In this document: positions 26,578 through 39,305 of the stretch, piece after piece | Layout of the letters: every line of letters begins with the position of its first letter | Position numbering within the stretch: the stretch's first letter is position 1 | Assembly: GCA_024679065.1 (NCBI GenBank) | Contig: JAGIQG010000012.1 | Coordinates: 86,800,001-86,864,000 of the forward strand | DNA from: Sphyrna mokarran | Taxonomy: Eukaryota | Reading direction: 5' to 3' | Length of the DNA stretch: 64,000 nucleotides | Position numbers and translations under genes: made by a program | Notes under the pieces: generated by a model | What the model was told of the DNA's origin: nothing | What the model saw: the letters and a program-made list of their open reading frames with translations, nothing else | The model's database searches: none

Positions 26578-27967
26578 AGTGCCTTTGTTTAAAAAGGGCT
26601 GCAGGGAAAAGCCTGGGAACTACAGGCCAGTGAACCTCACATCTGTGGTGGGTAAATTGTTGGAAGGTATTTTGAGAGACAGGATCTACAGGCATTTAGA
26701 TAGGATTAGGGACAGTCAGCATGGCTTTGTGAGTCAAAAATCATGTCTCACAAATTTGATTGAGTTTTTTGAAGGGGTAACCAAGAAGGCAAATGAGAAC
26801 AGTGCAGTCAACGTTATCTAAATGGACCTTAGCAAGGCCTTTGACAAGGTACTGCCTGATAGGTTGTTGTATAAGTTTAAACCTCACGGGATCCAGTTTG
26901 AGGTAGCTAACTGGATACAAAATTGGCGTGATGACAGAAAAATAGAAGTGTTTGTAGAGGGTTATTTTTCAAACTGGAGGCTGTGACCAGTGGTGCTGGT
27001 CCACTGTTATTTGTCATTTATATTAATGGTTTGGATGAGAATTTAGGAAGCATGATTAGTAAGTTTACAAATGACACTAAGATTGGTGGCAGAGTGGACA
27101 GTGAAGAAAGTTATCTCCAATTGCAACAGGATCTTGATCAATTGGGCCAGTGGGCTGATGAATGGCAGATAGAGTTTAATTTAGACAAATGTGAGGTGAT
27201 GCATTTTGGTAGATTGAACCAGGACAGGACTTACTCAGTTAATGGTAGGGTGTTGGAGAGAGTTACAGAACAGAGAGATCTAGGGATACATGTTCATAGC
27301 TCCTTGAAAGTGGAGTCACAGGTGGACAGAGTGGTGATGAAGGTATTCGGCATACTTGGTTTCATCAGTCAGAACATTGAATACAGGAGTTGGGACGTCT
27401 TGTTGAAGTTATACGAGATATTGATAAAACCGTACTTGGAATACTGTGTACAGTTCTAGTCACCCTATTTATAGAAAGGATATTTTTAAACTAGAAAGAG
27501 CACAGAAAACATTTACTAAGATGCTATGGGGACTTGATGGTTTGAGTTACAAGGAGAGGCTGGATAGACTGGGATTTTTTTTCCCTGGGGTGTCCAAAAC
27601 TGAGGGGTAATCTTATAGAGGTGCATAAAATAATGAGGGCATAGATAAATAGTCATAGTCAACATCTCTTCCCAATGGTAGGGGAGTCTAAAACTAGAGG
27701 GCATAGGTTTAAGGTGAGAGAGGAGAGATACAAAAGAGTCTCAAGAGACAATTTTTTCACACAGAGGATGGTGAGTGTCTGGAATGAGCTACCAGAGATA
27801 GTAGTAGAGGTGGGTACAATTTTCTCTTTTAAAAAGTGTTTAGACGGTTACATGAGTAAGATGGTTAGATAAGGATATTGGCCAAATGCAGGCAATTGGG
27901 ATTTGCTTAATGGTTATAAAAGGGTGGCATTGACAAGTTTCCATGGTGTCAACCTCTCTGACTCTCT
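26578..27967 (+). mobile_element. 5'-truncated CR1 (RT to 3' UTR)
   Basis: PLFKKG..GNYRPV, SQHGF, FTNDTKIGG; same subfamily as 37876-38140 and 56283-57000. Confidence 0.92.
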
Positions 27968-28838
27968 GGGCCCAATTTTACCATCGCATCGAGTGTAAAA
28001 ATGTGATAAAGTTGGAATGAGGCCATTAATGTGATCTGCTCCTCCGTCCGTGCAGATGCCCACTCTACTGAGTCCCAAGAATGGCAGCGATCCAATATGC
28101 ACACAAAACAGGCACAATGGCGATTTAAATGCATTTGCATGTATTTAAATTGAATTAATGATCTGCCCACCCAGCTTTATCGGGAGGGAGGGAGGGAGGT
28201 GGGTCAGAACATTCCCTGGTGGTGGGGGAGGGGCGGTGGGTCAGATGTACCTCTGGTGGATTCAGGGGAAGGAGGACAGATCACACTCTGTGGTTGGGGA
28301 TGGGGAAAGGGCAGAGAGAAGTCTGGTGGGGAGAGGGTAGGGAAGGCAGGCCTGATCATTCTCAGTTGGGGTGGTGGCCCAGTCGTCTACTAAGGGGAGG
28401 GTGGAGGGGGAGAGAGGCCAGATGGATCTCTGGTGGTGGTGGAGGAGGAGGTGGCAGGGGCAAGGGGGGTCCACTGCGATTTTTGCAGGCGATCGGTGGA
28501 GGGTGGGGGTGAGGGGGAATTGATGGATAAGGGAGAAAGTTACGTTGTCGGGGTGGGGGTGGTGTCTGTGGGAACCATTGCTCCCATTTTTCGCTACTGG
28601 GTCACTTAATCCACTTTTTGCAGCCCAGGATCGATGCGACAGGAGCGCAGTTTTCAATTCTTTTTCTAACTGCAATGCGCAGTTCAGAAGTCCAATTGTT
28701 TCGGGCACGTTAAGCCCCGCACACAGTGTGATTCAGACCCACAATACTTGAGTGCTCATGGGGGAAAGCAGATTTCCAAGTCAGATTTGATTTGTTCCCA
28801 GATTCAGCACTTGGAATCAAAATGGTAAAATCGGGCCC
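27968..28838. mobile_element. Non-autonomous DNA transposon with 17-bp TIRs (PIF/Harbinger-like)
   Basis: GGGCCCAATTTTACCAT ... ATGGTAAAATCGGGCCC (16/17 inverted match); 3-bp flanks tct/tat; sits in a CR1 tail. Confidence 0.8.
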
Positions 28839-29454
28839 TATGACTCTGTGTATAGTGTTAAGCTCCTCTATGGGAAGGATGGGACAGGTTAGATCAAAAC
28901 ATACTGTTTCTCGTCATCAAGGGGCTGTCTTAAAGGTAAATGATGCTGAGCAGAGGGCAGAGAGAATTATGAGTTTGTGTGTTTTGTTTTGGCTTTGGCT
29001 CCTGTCACCGTCAGTATGTCACCATGTCAGAGTAGATTGACCGGATGGATGAGTGGACATGGCAAAAGGACAGATTGATCTGCTGTGGATTGTTTGCTCA
29101 CGTGAAGCTTGACTGCACTGTTGTAGAGAATGCGGAGGAACAGAGATGCCTGTGCATTCATGTGCAAAGACCTTGGAAAGTAACAGGACAAAAAGCACAG
29201 TGGATCTTGGGTTTCGTAAATAGAGGAATTGAATACAGAAGCAGAGAATTTATGCTGAACCTCTGAATAAGCCACAACAAGGGCACTGCATCAGTTCTGA
29301 TGACCACACTTTAGGAAGGATAGCAGAGAGAGATTTACCAAAACAGTTCTGGAAATCTGGTTTTGGGATTGGGGCTGGTGGGGGGAGGATTAATTATACA
29401 GTTCAGTTGGAGAAGCTGGGGTTTTCTCTTTGGAGCAAAGGACTTAGAATAGAA

Positions 29455-29773
29455 TTCCATAGTCCATTCAGTCTGTCTAGTCTGTATGGACTCTCCAAAA
29501 GAGGAGCTTAACCCAGGCATTCCCCCCCACCCTATCCCCATAATCCCACATTTTTACCTACCCCAGTCCAACCCTGGCATCTTCACACCACATTTACTCT
29601 GACTAATCCACCAAGCCCACACATCTTTGGATTGCAGGAGGGAACCGGAGGACCTGGAGAAAACCAGCACAGACATGGGGAGAATGTGAAAACTCCACAC
29701 AGTCACCCAAGGCTGGAATTGAATCCGGGTCCCTGATGCTGTGAAGCATCAGTGCTAAACACTGTGCCGCCCA
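29455..29773 (-). mobile_element. V-SINE nested in a decayed CR1
   Basis: Reverse complement of V-SINE head and V-domain. Confidence 0.8.
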
Positions 29774-29824
29774 GGAGATTGAGGGGAGATTTGATGGAGA
29801 TGTACGTGATTACAGCGGGTTTAA

Positions 29825-30632
29825 AAACAAAGAACTGTACTGTTCAGGAAGAAGCTTTTCGGCCCACCAAGCCTGTGCCAACATAAATGTTTCTCTAATC
29901 TAGTATTTAATGCCATTACATGGTCCCTATCTCTCTATTCCCTGCATTTTCATGTATCTATCCTATGCCTCTTGAACATTGTTATAGAATCTGCTTCCAC
30001 TACTTCCTCGGGCACAATGTTCCAGGCATTCATCACTCTCTGTGTGAAAAGCCTATCTCTTCAATCTCTTTCAAACTTTCTCCCTCTAACTTTCAACCTA
30101 TGCCCCCTGAGTAATTAACTCTTCGACCCTGGGAAAAAGACTCTGTTTATCTACTCTACCCAAGCCTATCATATCTTGTAAACTTCTATCAGGTTCCTCG
30201 CTCATCCTCTGACGCTCCAATGAAAACAATTCAAGTTTGTCCAACCTTTCTTCATAGCCCACATTCTCCAAACCAAGCAATATCCTATTAAATCTCTTCT
30301 GCACCCTTTCCAGTCTGTCAACCCATAACAGTAGTGTGGTGACCAGAATTGTGCACAATATTCCGAATGCAGTCTAACCAAACTCTTATACAGCTGCAAC
30401 ATGATTTTTTAATTCCTATACTCAACATCCTGACCGATAAAGACCAGCATGCAGTATGCCTTCTTGACCACCTTGTCCACCTGAGTAGAACTGTGGATCT
30501 GAACACTTCGATCCCTCTGTATGCTAATATTTCTAAGGGCTATACCATTTACTGCAGTTTTAAATTGCATAACCTCACATTTGTCTGAGTTAAATTCTAT
30601 CTACCATCTTTCAGCCCTTGTCTCCAGCCAAT
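29825..30632 (-). mobile_element. CR1 3' fragment
   Basis: MLQLYKSLVRLHSEYCAQFWSP; same subfamily as 9560-9995. Confidence 0.88.
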
Positions 30633-31687
30633 TTATAAAGATAAGGAACAGTATATTGCAGGAACAGGCCCTTTGGCCCTGCAAGCCTGCACTGATCATG
30701 ATGCCCAACTGAACTAAAACCATAAAACACTTAAAAATAAAATTAGGTTAGAATTAGCACTACAGTCCCTGGTGCTAGATTTTCACTATAAATATTAATA
30801 GCTAAATACACTAATCTTCTACACTATTTAATTAGTTCATTTTTTAAAAACTGATTACGTATTCCTCTTGATCTGAAATGAAATTAAAACCAGTAACTCA
30901 GCATAAATTTTCAAATTTAGCCCAGATTCCCTTCCAGCCAATCAGGTCTCAGTCTCCTGTGTGATGTTACATTACTGGTTTATTCGAATTATGAAGCAAA
31001 CAAAGTCTCACCGTTACCCAGCTGTCCCTCTGCCTGTCTCTGTTCACTCTCAGAATGAAGGCCATGAGTCCCTGAGGAAAAGTGTCGAGACTCTTACCTT
31101 AACCTGGCTTTCTCTCTCTGTGTTTCTCCCAGCTCAGCTCCACTTCCGCAGTGAGGGCTGCAAATCCCTGCCGTATCCTCTGACAATCCTCCTCAGTTTA
31201 GATGAGATTGAGGAAGAAAAGCTCTTCCCGCTAGCTGATGTTGCAAGGTGTCAGGGACAAGGTTTTCAGCGAGAGGTAGAGGAAGAAAAATGGTAATGAC
31301 CTGAACCCACGAGGGCAGACAGAGACGATGAATGATTTCAAAGGAAATTACAGGATACTTCAAGAATGGAAATTAATGTAAAAAAAGACAAAAGTTCTGA
31401 AGATTGAAAGAATGGAAAAGCAGTGGTAAAATGATAAATGGTGGAACAGATATTACAATTTAAGTTTGTGGAAAGCATCTTGACAAGAAGACGGTCACTA
31501 ACAGGAAGAAATCCACCAGAATAACAATGGTAAAGAATGACTTTCCAAACTTTAAAAATTACTCAGCACAGGAATGAATTGAGATTTTCAGGAAAGAATT
31601 ACCAAGGCGGTAATTTGGAATGTCCAGTTGTACGAGGCTGATACACTGAGCTCATGAAAAGTGGACATTCAAAAGCTGGAAAACTTT

Positions 31688-32408
31688 TATTTAATTTATT
31701 ATTGTCACATGTATTAACATGCAGTGGAAAGTATTGCTTCTTGCGTGCCATACAGACAAAGCATACCATTCATAGAGAAGGGAACAAGAGAGTGCAGAAT
31801 ACAGTGTTACAGTCATAGCTAGGGTACAGAAAAGGATCAACTTAATGTGAGGTAGGCCCATTCAAAGTCTGATGGCAGCATTAAAGAAGCTGTTCTTGAG
31901 TGAAATGTGGTTCTGAAGAAGGATGGAGTGGACCAGGTGGAAAGAATGAGAGAATACTGAAATAAATTGTCACAATGGTGAAAGAGAAAAGATCAGTATG
32001 GCGCATTGTAAAGGAAAAGCATCCATTGATTCTTCCCACTGCCTTGGCAAAGCAGCTGACATAATTAAGGACCCCACTCACCCCAGACATTCTCTCTTGC
32101 ATCTCCTTTCATCAGGAAAATGATACAAAAGCCTGAGGTCATGTACCAACCAACTCAAGAATAGCTTCTTCTCCACTGCCATCACTTCTTCTCCACTGCC
32201 ATCCAAGAATAGCTTCTTCTCCACTGCCATCAGACTTTTGAATGGACCTTGCACTGAGTTGATCTTTCTCTACGCCAGCCATGACTGTAACACTACATTC
32301 TGCACCCTCTCTATAAATGGTATGCTCTGTATAGCATGCAAGAAACAGTACTTTTCATTGTATGCTAATACATGTGACAATAATAAATCAAATCAAATCA
32401 AAAAAAAG
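31688..32408. mobile_element. Two Rex1/Babar-like 3' ends in inverted orientation (31688-31900 -, 32020-32408 +)
   Basis: Both match the 1300-1650 element; reverse-complementary tails. Confidence 0.8.
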
Positions 32409-35400
32409 TTGGCCACGTTTTAGGACGTACAAACTTACTGGAGGTGACTGAAGGAAGATTGTTTTTTGTCTTCATTTTGTGGGATATGGATATTGCTGGC
32501 TAACCAGCATTTTTATTGTCTAACTCTAATTGCTCTTGAGAAGGTGTTGGTGAAGTGTCTTTCTGAACTGCTGCATTCCATCTGTTGCCCATCCACAGTG
32601 CTGTTAGGGAGGGAATTCCAGGATTTTGACCCATCCACAGTGAAGGAATGGTGACATATTTCTAAGTCAGGATGGTAAGTGACTTGGAGATAAACTTAAA
32701 GATGGTGGTGTACCCAGAATAAAGGGCTGTAAACCAAGCAGGTGATAGGGAATGTTAGATCACTTGAAATTTAAAGTGGGAGGTGTCTATGAATGACTGA
32801 AGAGGGAAGCACAAAACTGAGGTGTGGAGAAGTGAGCAGAGAACTCACCTTTAGGAAGATCACTGATTTGCAATAAATTTGCAGGATGACAGAGATGGAA
32901 TGAGCAATGGGACTGATTGGATTACTCAAAAGAGAGCTGGCATGGATTCAGCGGAGCCAATGGCCTCCTGTGTTGTGATGACTCTTTGACTGCCTCTATT
33001 TTGTATTTTTTATTTATTTTTATGTGAGGTTACAACAGGAATTCTTGGGCAGCAACTTATATTGTTATGGTGCCTTTATCATTATAAATCATTTCTATCT
33101 GTAGTGAACCAAGTTTCTATTTAGCTCAGTTTTTTAAAAGGTGAGTGTACGTACAAGTGTGTGCATATGTGTTGTGTTTGTGTAGTGTTTGCATGTGTTG
33201 TACGTGTGCGCTTGTGCTGTTCGTGTGTGTGTGTGTGTGTGTTCTGGGAACACTGGAATCGCTAAACAAAAACTCAAGGTCTATTGCGTTCACCTTTTAC
33301 CATCCTAATAGTACAATGATTTTAATTGTGTAACTGCACGTACACACACACACACATTTCTCCTGCAGGGAATAATAGGGAGGTGGTGAACAGATTTCTA
33401 GGCTGATTAGCAGCCTGTTGAAACACAGTGGGTACATCATTTTTCCCTGGCCAACAAATCCTGGCATGGAACTTGCGTCCAGAGTTCCTGGCCCTGAGGT
33501 AGGGACATGACCCAGTGTTGCACAAGACCTCCCAGTGCAAAAAATAATGAGTTGTTATTGGAAGAATGTTTTAGCATTTAAAAAATTTGCTGACCTATCA
33601 TGTGAGGTATAAAAGGTTTATGAATTAATCTCTTAGAACTGAACGTATGATTTACTCTGCTCTGAATAGATTGTTTTGTTTGGTGGGTATAAAACACTTC
33701 AATCTGCGATTAAGAATGTGACAGTGATTGTGCAATGACTTGTGGTTTTATCTTGTGATGGTCCAAGTCCAGTTAGTTGGAACAAATGCCTGAGAGTTTC
33801 CTTTGCGGAGTGAGATTGTTTTGCAGTTTGCCTTAATGTCCAAACGATTTCTGTCTGAAATCTGTACTTTGTTCTGGCGACTTGTAAATTAGGCTATTCC
33901 TCTGCCGCATTTCAACAGTTTGGAATATTCTAAGTGGGTAAAAAGGAGAAATGTTTTTTTCTCCAATTCATTCCCAGAATGTGGTATCACTGGCAGTGCT
34001 GGCATTTGTTGCTTTTCTTTGAAGTGGTGAGTTGTATTGCTGCAGGGCTCTCTTTGTAACTGTCTTCATAGAACTGCAGAGAACGAAGGCAAAGAGTCAG
34101 CGCGAGCAGTGAGAAACAGTGAAAACAGCAGCAATACAATCTATGCAGAGAGAGAAGGAGAGTGCAGTCTGAATGATAAGAAGCAGCAAGAGCAAAGGGA
34201 CTATTAGCAGCACGGAGAAGGAAGGCAGGAGCTGAGTCCGAGCAGCAGGAATAGTGGGGTTCAGCAATCAGAACCTGGATTCAGAAAGGAAAATTCAGGT
34301 GTGACACCACAGGAAAGCAGGTAAGTGTTTAGCTGGTGAGTATTTCCCATCTAAACTATGGGATATTTTGCTATGTCCGGTTTTTATTAAAAAGTAAGGC
34401 TCCTTACTCGTAGTAAGGTGTGTTCAGTGTTAGTAGGAATTGTAAGAATTAGTAAAGTTAATTAGAATTGGTAAGGTTTATTAACAGTAAGGTTTATTAG
34501 CATTTCAAAAGAACAAAGAACAGTACAGCATAGAAACAGGCCCTTTGGATTTCCAAGCCTACGCAATCACATTTACCTCATCCGGACCAATTGTTTATAT
34601 CCCCCATTCCCCTTTGGTTCATAATGCTTATCAAAATAAGTCTTAATTGTGACTAACTTAACTGCCTCAATCATCTGATTTGGCAGTGCATTCCAAGCAC
34701 CACCTTCTATGTAAAAAAAAAACTTCCCTCACATCTCCACTGAACCTTTTTCTCCTTCCTTGAACTTGTGCCCCTTGTAATTTTCATTTCTTAAATATTG
34801 TTAATGATTTATTCACAGTAGTAATGTTTGTTATTAGCAGCTACTTTATTAACTAACAGAGAAATGGCAGGCTGGTCTAATCATGCAAGTGCACATCCTA
34901 TGCTTTGTGGGACCTCCAGGACAGCTCCCATGCCCTGGATAATCTTTGTGCAAGGCGTATCATCAACTGCAGCAAGCTGAGCTCTGGGTTTGGAACTGCA
35001 ACAGCAGCTGGCATCACTGCAGAGCATCCAGGAAGTTGTTGATGCATGTTTCTAGATGTAGTTATCCCACAACTTAAGATTATGCAGGGCAAGAGAGAAA
35101 GAATGACCACCAGACAGACAAAAAGAAACAGGTAGTGCAGGAGACTGAGAGTGTTTATTCTTTCATAGGATGTGGGCATTGCTGGCTAGGCTAGCAGTTT
35201 AATTTCTGATTCTTAATTGCTCTTGAGAAGGTAAAAGTATGCACATTAGCATTTCACATTGCACATGGTCAGCGCAACATCAAAGGCCGAAGGGCCTGTT
35301 CTGCGCTGTAATGTTCTATGTTCTATGTTCTACATTCTTGAATCACTGTTGTCCATGTGGTGTTGGGGAGGGAGTTGACTTGGAGGGCAATGTGAGGTGG

Positions 35401-35644
35401 TGGTATTCTCAATCATTTAATGCCCTTGACCTTCTGGAATCTAGGTGAGCAGAGATTGTGGGTTTGGCAGGTGCTTTTGAAGGTGAGTTGTTGCAGTACA
35501 TCTTATAGATGGTACACATTGCTGCAACTGTTTGTCAGTAATGCAAGGATAGATATTAAAATTGGTAAATGGGGCACCAGTCAAGCAGCTAGCTTTATCC
35601 TGGATGTATCGAGCTTCTTCAGTGTTGTTGGAATTGTACTCAAA

Positions 35645-35946
35645 GTTTAAAGTTTATTTATTAATCACAAGTAGGCTTACATTAACACTGCAATGAAGTT
35701 GCTGTGAAAATCCCCCAGTCACCACATTCCGGCACCTGTTCAAATGCACTGAGGGAGAATTTGGCATGGCCAATTCACCTCACCAGCACATTCTTCAGAA
35801 TGTGGGAGGAAACCGAAGCACCTGCAGGAAACCTGTGCAGACACAGGGAGAATATGCAAACAAGACAGTGACCCAAGTCGGGAATAGAATCTGGGTTCTT
35901 GGCACTGAGAGGCTGCAGTGCTAAGCACTGTGCCACTGTGCTGCCA
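35645..35946 (-). mobile_element. V-SINE with alternative tail
   Basis: Reverse complement of the 12509-12812 type. Confidence 0.85.
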
Positions 35947-37159
35947 ACCAGATAAGTGGGTAGTACTCCATTACGTTCCTTACTTATGCCTTCTAGATGG
36001 TGGACAGACTTTGGGGAGTCAGGAGGTGAGTTACTCACTGCAAATTCTTGTAGCCACAATATTTATATGCTTTGTCCAGTTCAATTTCTTTTTGGTGGTA
36101 ATGCAGAGGATGTTGATAGTGGGGGACTTATCAATGGTAATACTATGGAATGTCAAGGGAAGATAATTGGACTCCCTCTTGTTGGAGGAGGTCATTGCCT
36201 GGCATTTGTCTAGCATGAATATTATTTGCCACTTATCAGCCTGAGCCTGAACATTGTCCGGGTATTGCTGCATTTGGATGTGGACTGCTTCGCTATCTGT
36301 GGAGTTCTGAATGGTGCTGAACATTGTGCAGTCATCAGCAAACATTCCCACTTCTGACCTGAAGGTGGAGGGATGGTCATTGATGATACAGCTGAAGATG
36401 GTTGGACTGAGGACACTCCTTTGAGGAACTCCTGCAGCGGTGTCCTGGAACTGAGATATTGGCTTCCAACCACCGCAACTATCTTCCTTTGTGCCAGGAA
36501 TAACTCCAGCCAGCTCCCCCGATTCGTATTGAGTCCAGTTTCACCAGGGCTCCTTGATGCCACTCTCAGTCAAATGCTGCCTTGATGTCAAAGGCAGTCA
36601 CTTTCACCCTCTGGAATTGAACTCTTTCGTCCATGTTTGAACCAAGGCTGTAATGAGGTCAGGAGCTCAGTGATGGTGGCAAGTGCATCCCATTCTTCAA
36701 CCAGTATCCCATTCTGAATACTGATAAGATTGATGGCACATGTGGGAAGTGTTGCTAGAGCTGCGTCCATGAATTCACAAGAGGCTCAACTATATAGGTT
36801 GGTACAAGAAAATTAGGAAGAGCGATAGTGTTGGACGATTTGGTAGTTATGGAAAATAGACCTTAATGCAGCTACATACATGAATGCAGGATTGTGCTTT
36901 TCCTCTCTGGTGGTAGAGTCAAGGACATCACTGAGTCTCTGCCATGCATTCTGAGGAGGGAGAGAGTGAACAGCCAGCAGTTATGGTCCTTATTGGTACC
37001 AGTGACATGAGTAGAAAGAGGAATGTGGTCCTGAAATCAGAATTTAGGGAGCTAGGTAGGAAATTAGCAATTGAGTCAGACCTAAAAAATCATAATCTCC
37101 AAGTTACTCTCAGTCCAAACACACATGATTGTAAAAATAGGAAAAAGTCGTTTGAAAAA

Positions 37160-37475
37160 TGGCATGCTGATGGCCTAGTGGTATTATCACAAGACTATTC
37201 ATCCAGAAACTCAGTTTCTGGGGACCCAGGTTCGAATCCCAGTACAGCAGATGGTGGAATTTGAATTCAATAAAAAAAAAATCTGGAATTAAGAATCTAC
37301 TGATGACGATGAAATCATTGTCGATTGTCAGAAAAATCCATCTGATTTACTAATGCCCTTCAGAGAATGAAATCTGCCACCCTTACCTGTCCTGGCCTAC
37401 ATGTGACTCCAGAGCCAAAGCAATGTGTGGACTCTCAACTGTCCTTGGGCAACTAGGGATGGGCAATAAAAAAGA
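37160..37475 (+). mobile_element. tRNA-derived SINE with LINE-shared tail
   Basis: A box TGGCCTAGTGG, B box GGTTCGAATCC, tail gggcaactagggatgggcaataaa. Confidence 0.85.
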
Positions 37476-38984
37476 AAGAATGTGTTGATAGGTGGTGCAA
37501 GGGGATGGGCTTTAGATTCTTGGAACAATGTAGCTGGCTCTGGTAGAGATGGAATTTTTAAAGGTGGGTGGGTTGTACGAAGTAGGCTGGAGATTGAGAG
37601 TTGTTAGTGCCATTGGGGAGGGTTTAAACGGATTTGACAGGCTTGTTGAACCTGTATGTACTATCATAGAGAAATACCAGGGTGCACAAAATATGTGGAG
37701 GGACAGACAACACTGAAATAGAAAGTATTAAGCTATTAAACTAGGTCAGAGTAAGAATAAAGAAACAAAATCAGGATTAATGTGCACAAACGTAAAGAGT
37801 GTGATAACTAAGATTGGTGAGTTATAGACACAGATTGCTATGTGGAAATATGATGTGGCTTTAACAGAGACCTGGTGAGAGAAGAGAGATACAAAAGTGT
37901 CCAGAGGATAATTTTTTCACACAGGATGGTGAGTGTCTGTTATAAGCTGCGAGAGGTAGTAGTAGTAGAGGGGGTTCAATTTTGTCTTTAAAAAAGCATT
38001 TAGATAGCCACAATAGACACAAAGAAACATGGGCCAAACGTGGGCAAGTGGGACTAGTTTAGTGGTTTAAAAAAAAGAGGGCAGCATGGACAAGTTGGGC
38101 CAAAGGACCTGTTTCCATGCTGCAAACCACTAAGAATCTATGGTGAAATTGCAGTGCTAGAGAAAGAGGATGTCCCAAAGGATCCAAGGACAGAATCAAT
38201 CTAGCTAGAGTTAAGGCACAAAAAAAGTGCAGTTACAATGCTTGGTGTTGTCAATAGGCCACCAACAAATGGGAAGGATGTGGAGGAAATGTAGAAGGAA
38301 ATTGCAGAGAGGCACAAAAATTGTAGTTATAATTGAGAATTTTCATTAGTCGTGGTGTAAAAAACTGAGGGGAACAAGAGTTCCTAGTGTATTCGGGAAA
38401 TGTTGTTCAGCAGTGTGTTTAGTGTGAAAAGAGACGCTGCTGGAGCTGGCTATTAGGAATGAAGCGGGCCGAGTACTTTAAATGATATTGGGGAGCACTT
38501 TGAGAATAGTGATCGTTGTAACATAATGTTTAGGCTAATTACAGAAAAGGTGAATGGAAATCTAGAGCACGAATAATTAACTGGGGGAAAGACAATTTCA
38601 AAGGGGTAAGAATAGATCAGGACCAAAGAAACAAGCTAACAGCAAAAGAAACAATAACTGATCAGAGACTACATTCAAAGAAGGGATGTCTCAGTCGAAA
38701 TATATTCCCTCAAAAGGAAAAGATAGGGTAAACAAATCCAGCATAGCTGGATGAAAAAGTAGACAGGAATTAAGATAAAGAAGAAAGTGTGTGTTTGTGA
38801 CAAGTGTCAGGTTAAAAAAATTCCAATTCAGAACCAGGTTGAATTTAAAAGGTTCAGAGGGGAGATGAGAAAGCAGGAAAGAGATGCAGAGTGCAAGTTA
38901 TGAAAAGAAATAACAGCCAATATAAAAGAGAATAACAGAGTTGTCTTTAGGTATATAGATTGTTAAAAAATGCTAAAAGGAGGA

Positions 38985-39305
38985 ATAGTGCAGCACTGTG
39001 GCAAGTGGTTAGCATTGCTGCCTCACAGTACCAGGGACCCGGGTTCAATTCCAGCCTTGGGTCACTGTCTGTGCAGAGTCTGTGTGTTGTCCCTGTGTCT
39101 TTGTGGGTTTTCTCCGGGTGCTCTGGTTTTCTCCCACAGTCCAAAGATGTGTGGATTAGGTTGATTGGTCATGCTAAATTGACCCTAGTGTCAGAGAGAT
39201 TAACAGGGTAAATAAGTGGGGTTACAGGAATAGGGCCTGGATGGGATTGTAGTTGGTGTAGACTTCATAGGCTGAATGGCCTCTTTCTGTAGGAATTCTA
39301 TGATT
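38985..39305 (+). mobile_element. V-SINE (HE1-like)
   Basis: Head, V-domain and CR1-type tail. Confidence 0.88.

Noticed and set aside
37160-37250. tRNA gene
   Set aside because: A/B boxes belong to a SINE head; no complete cloverleaf
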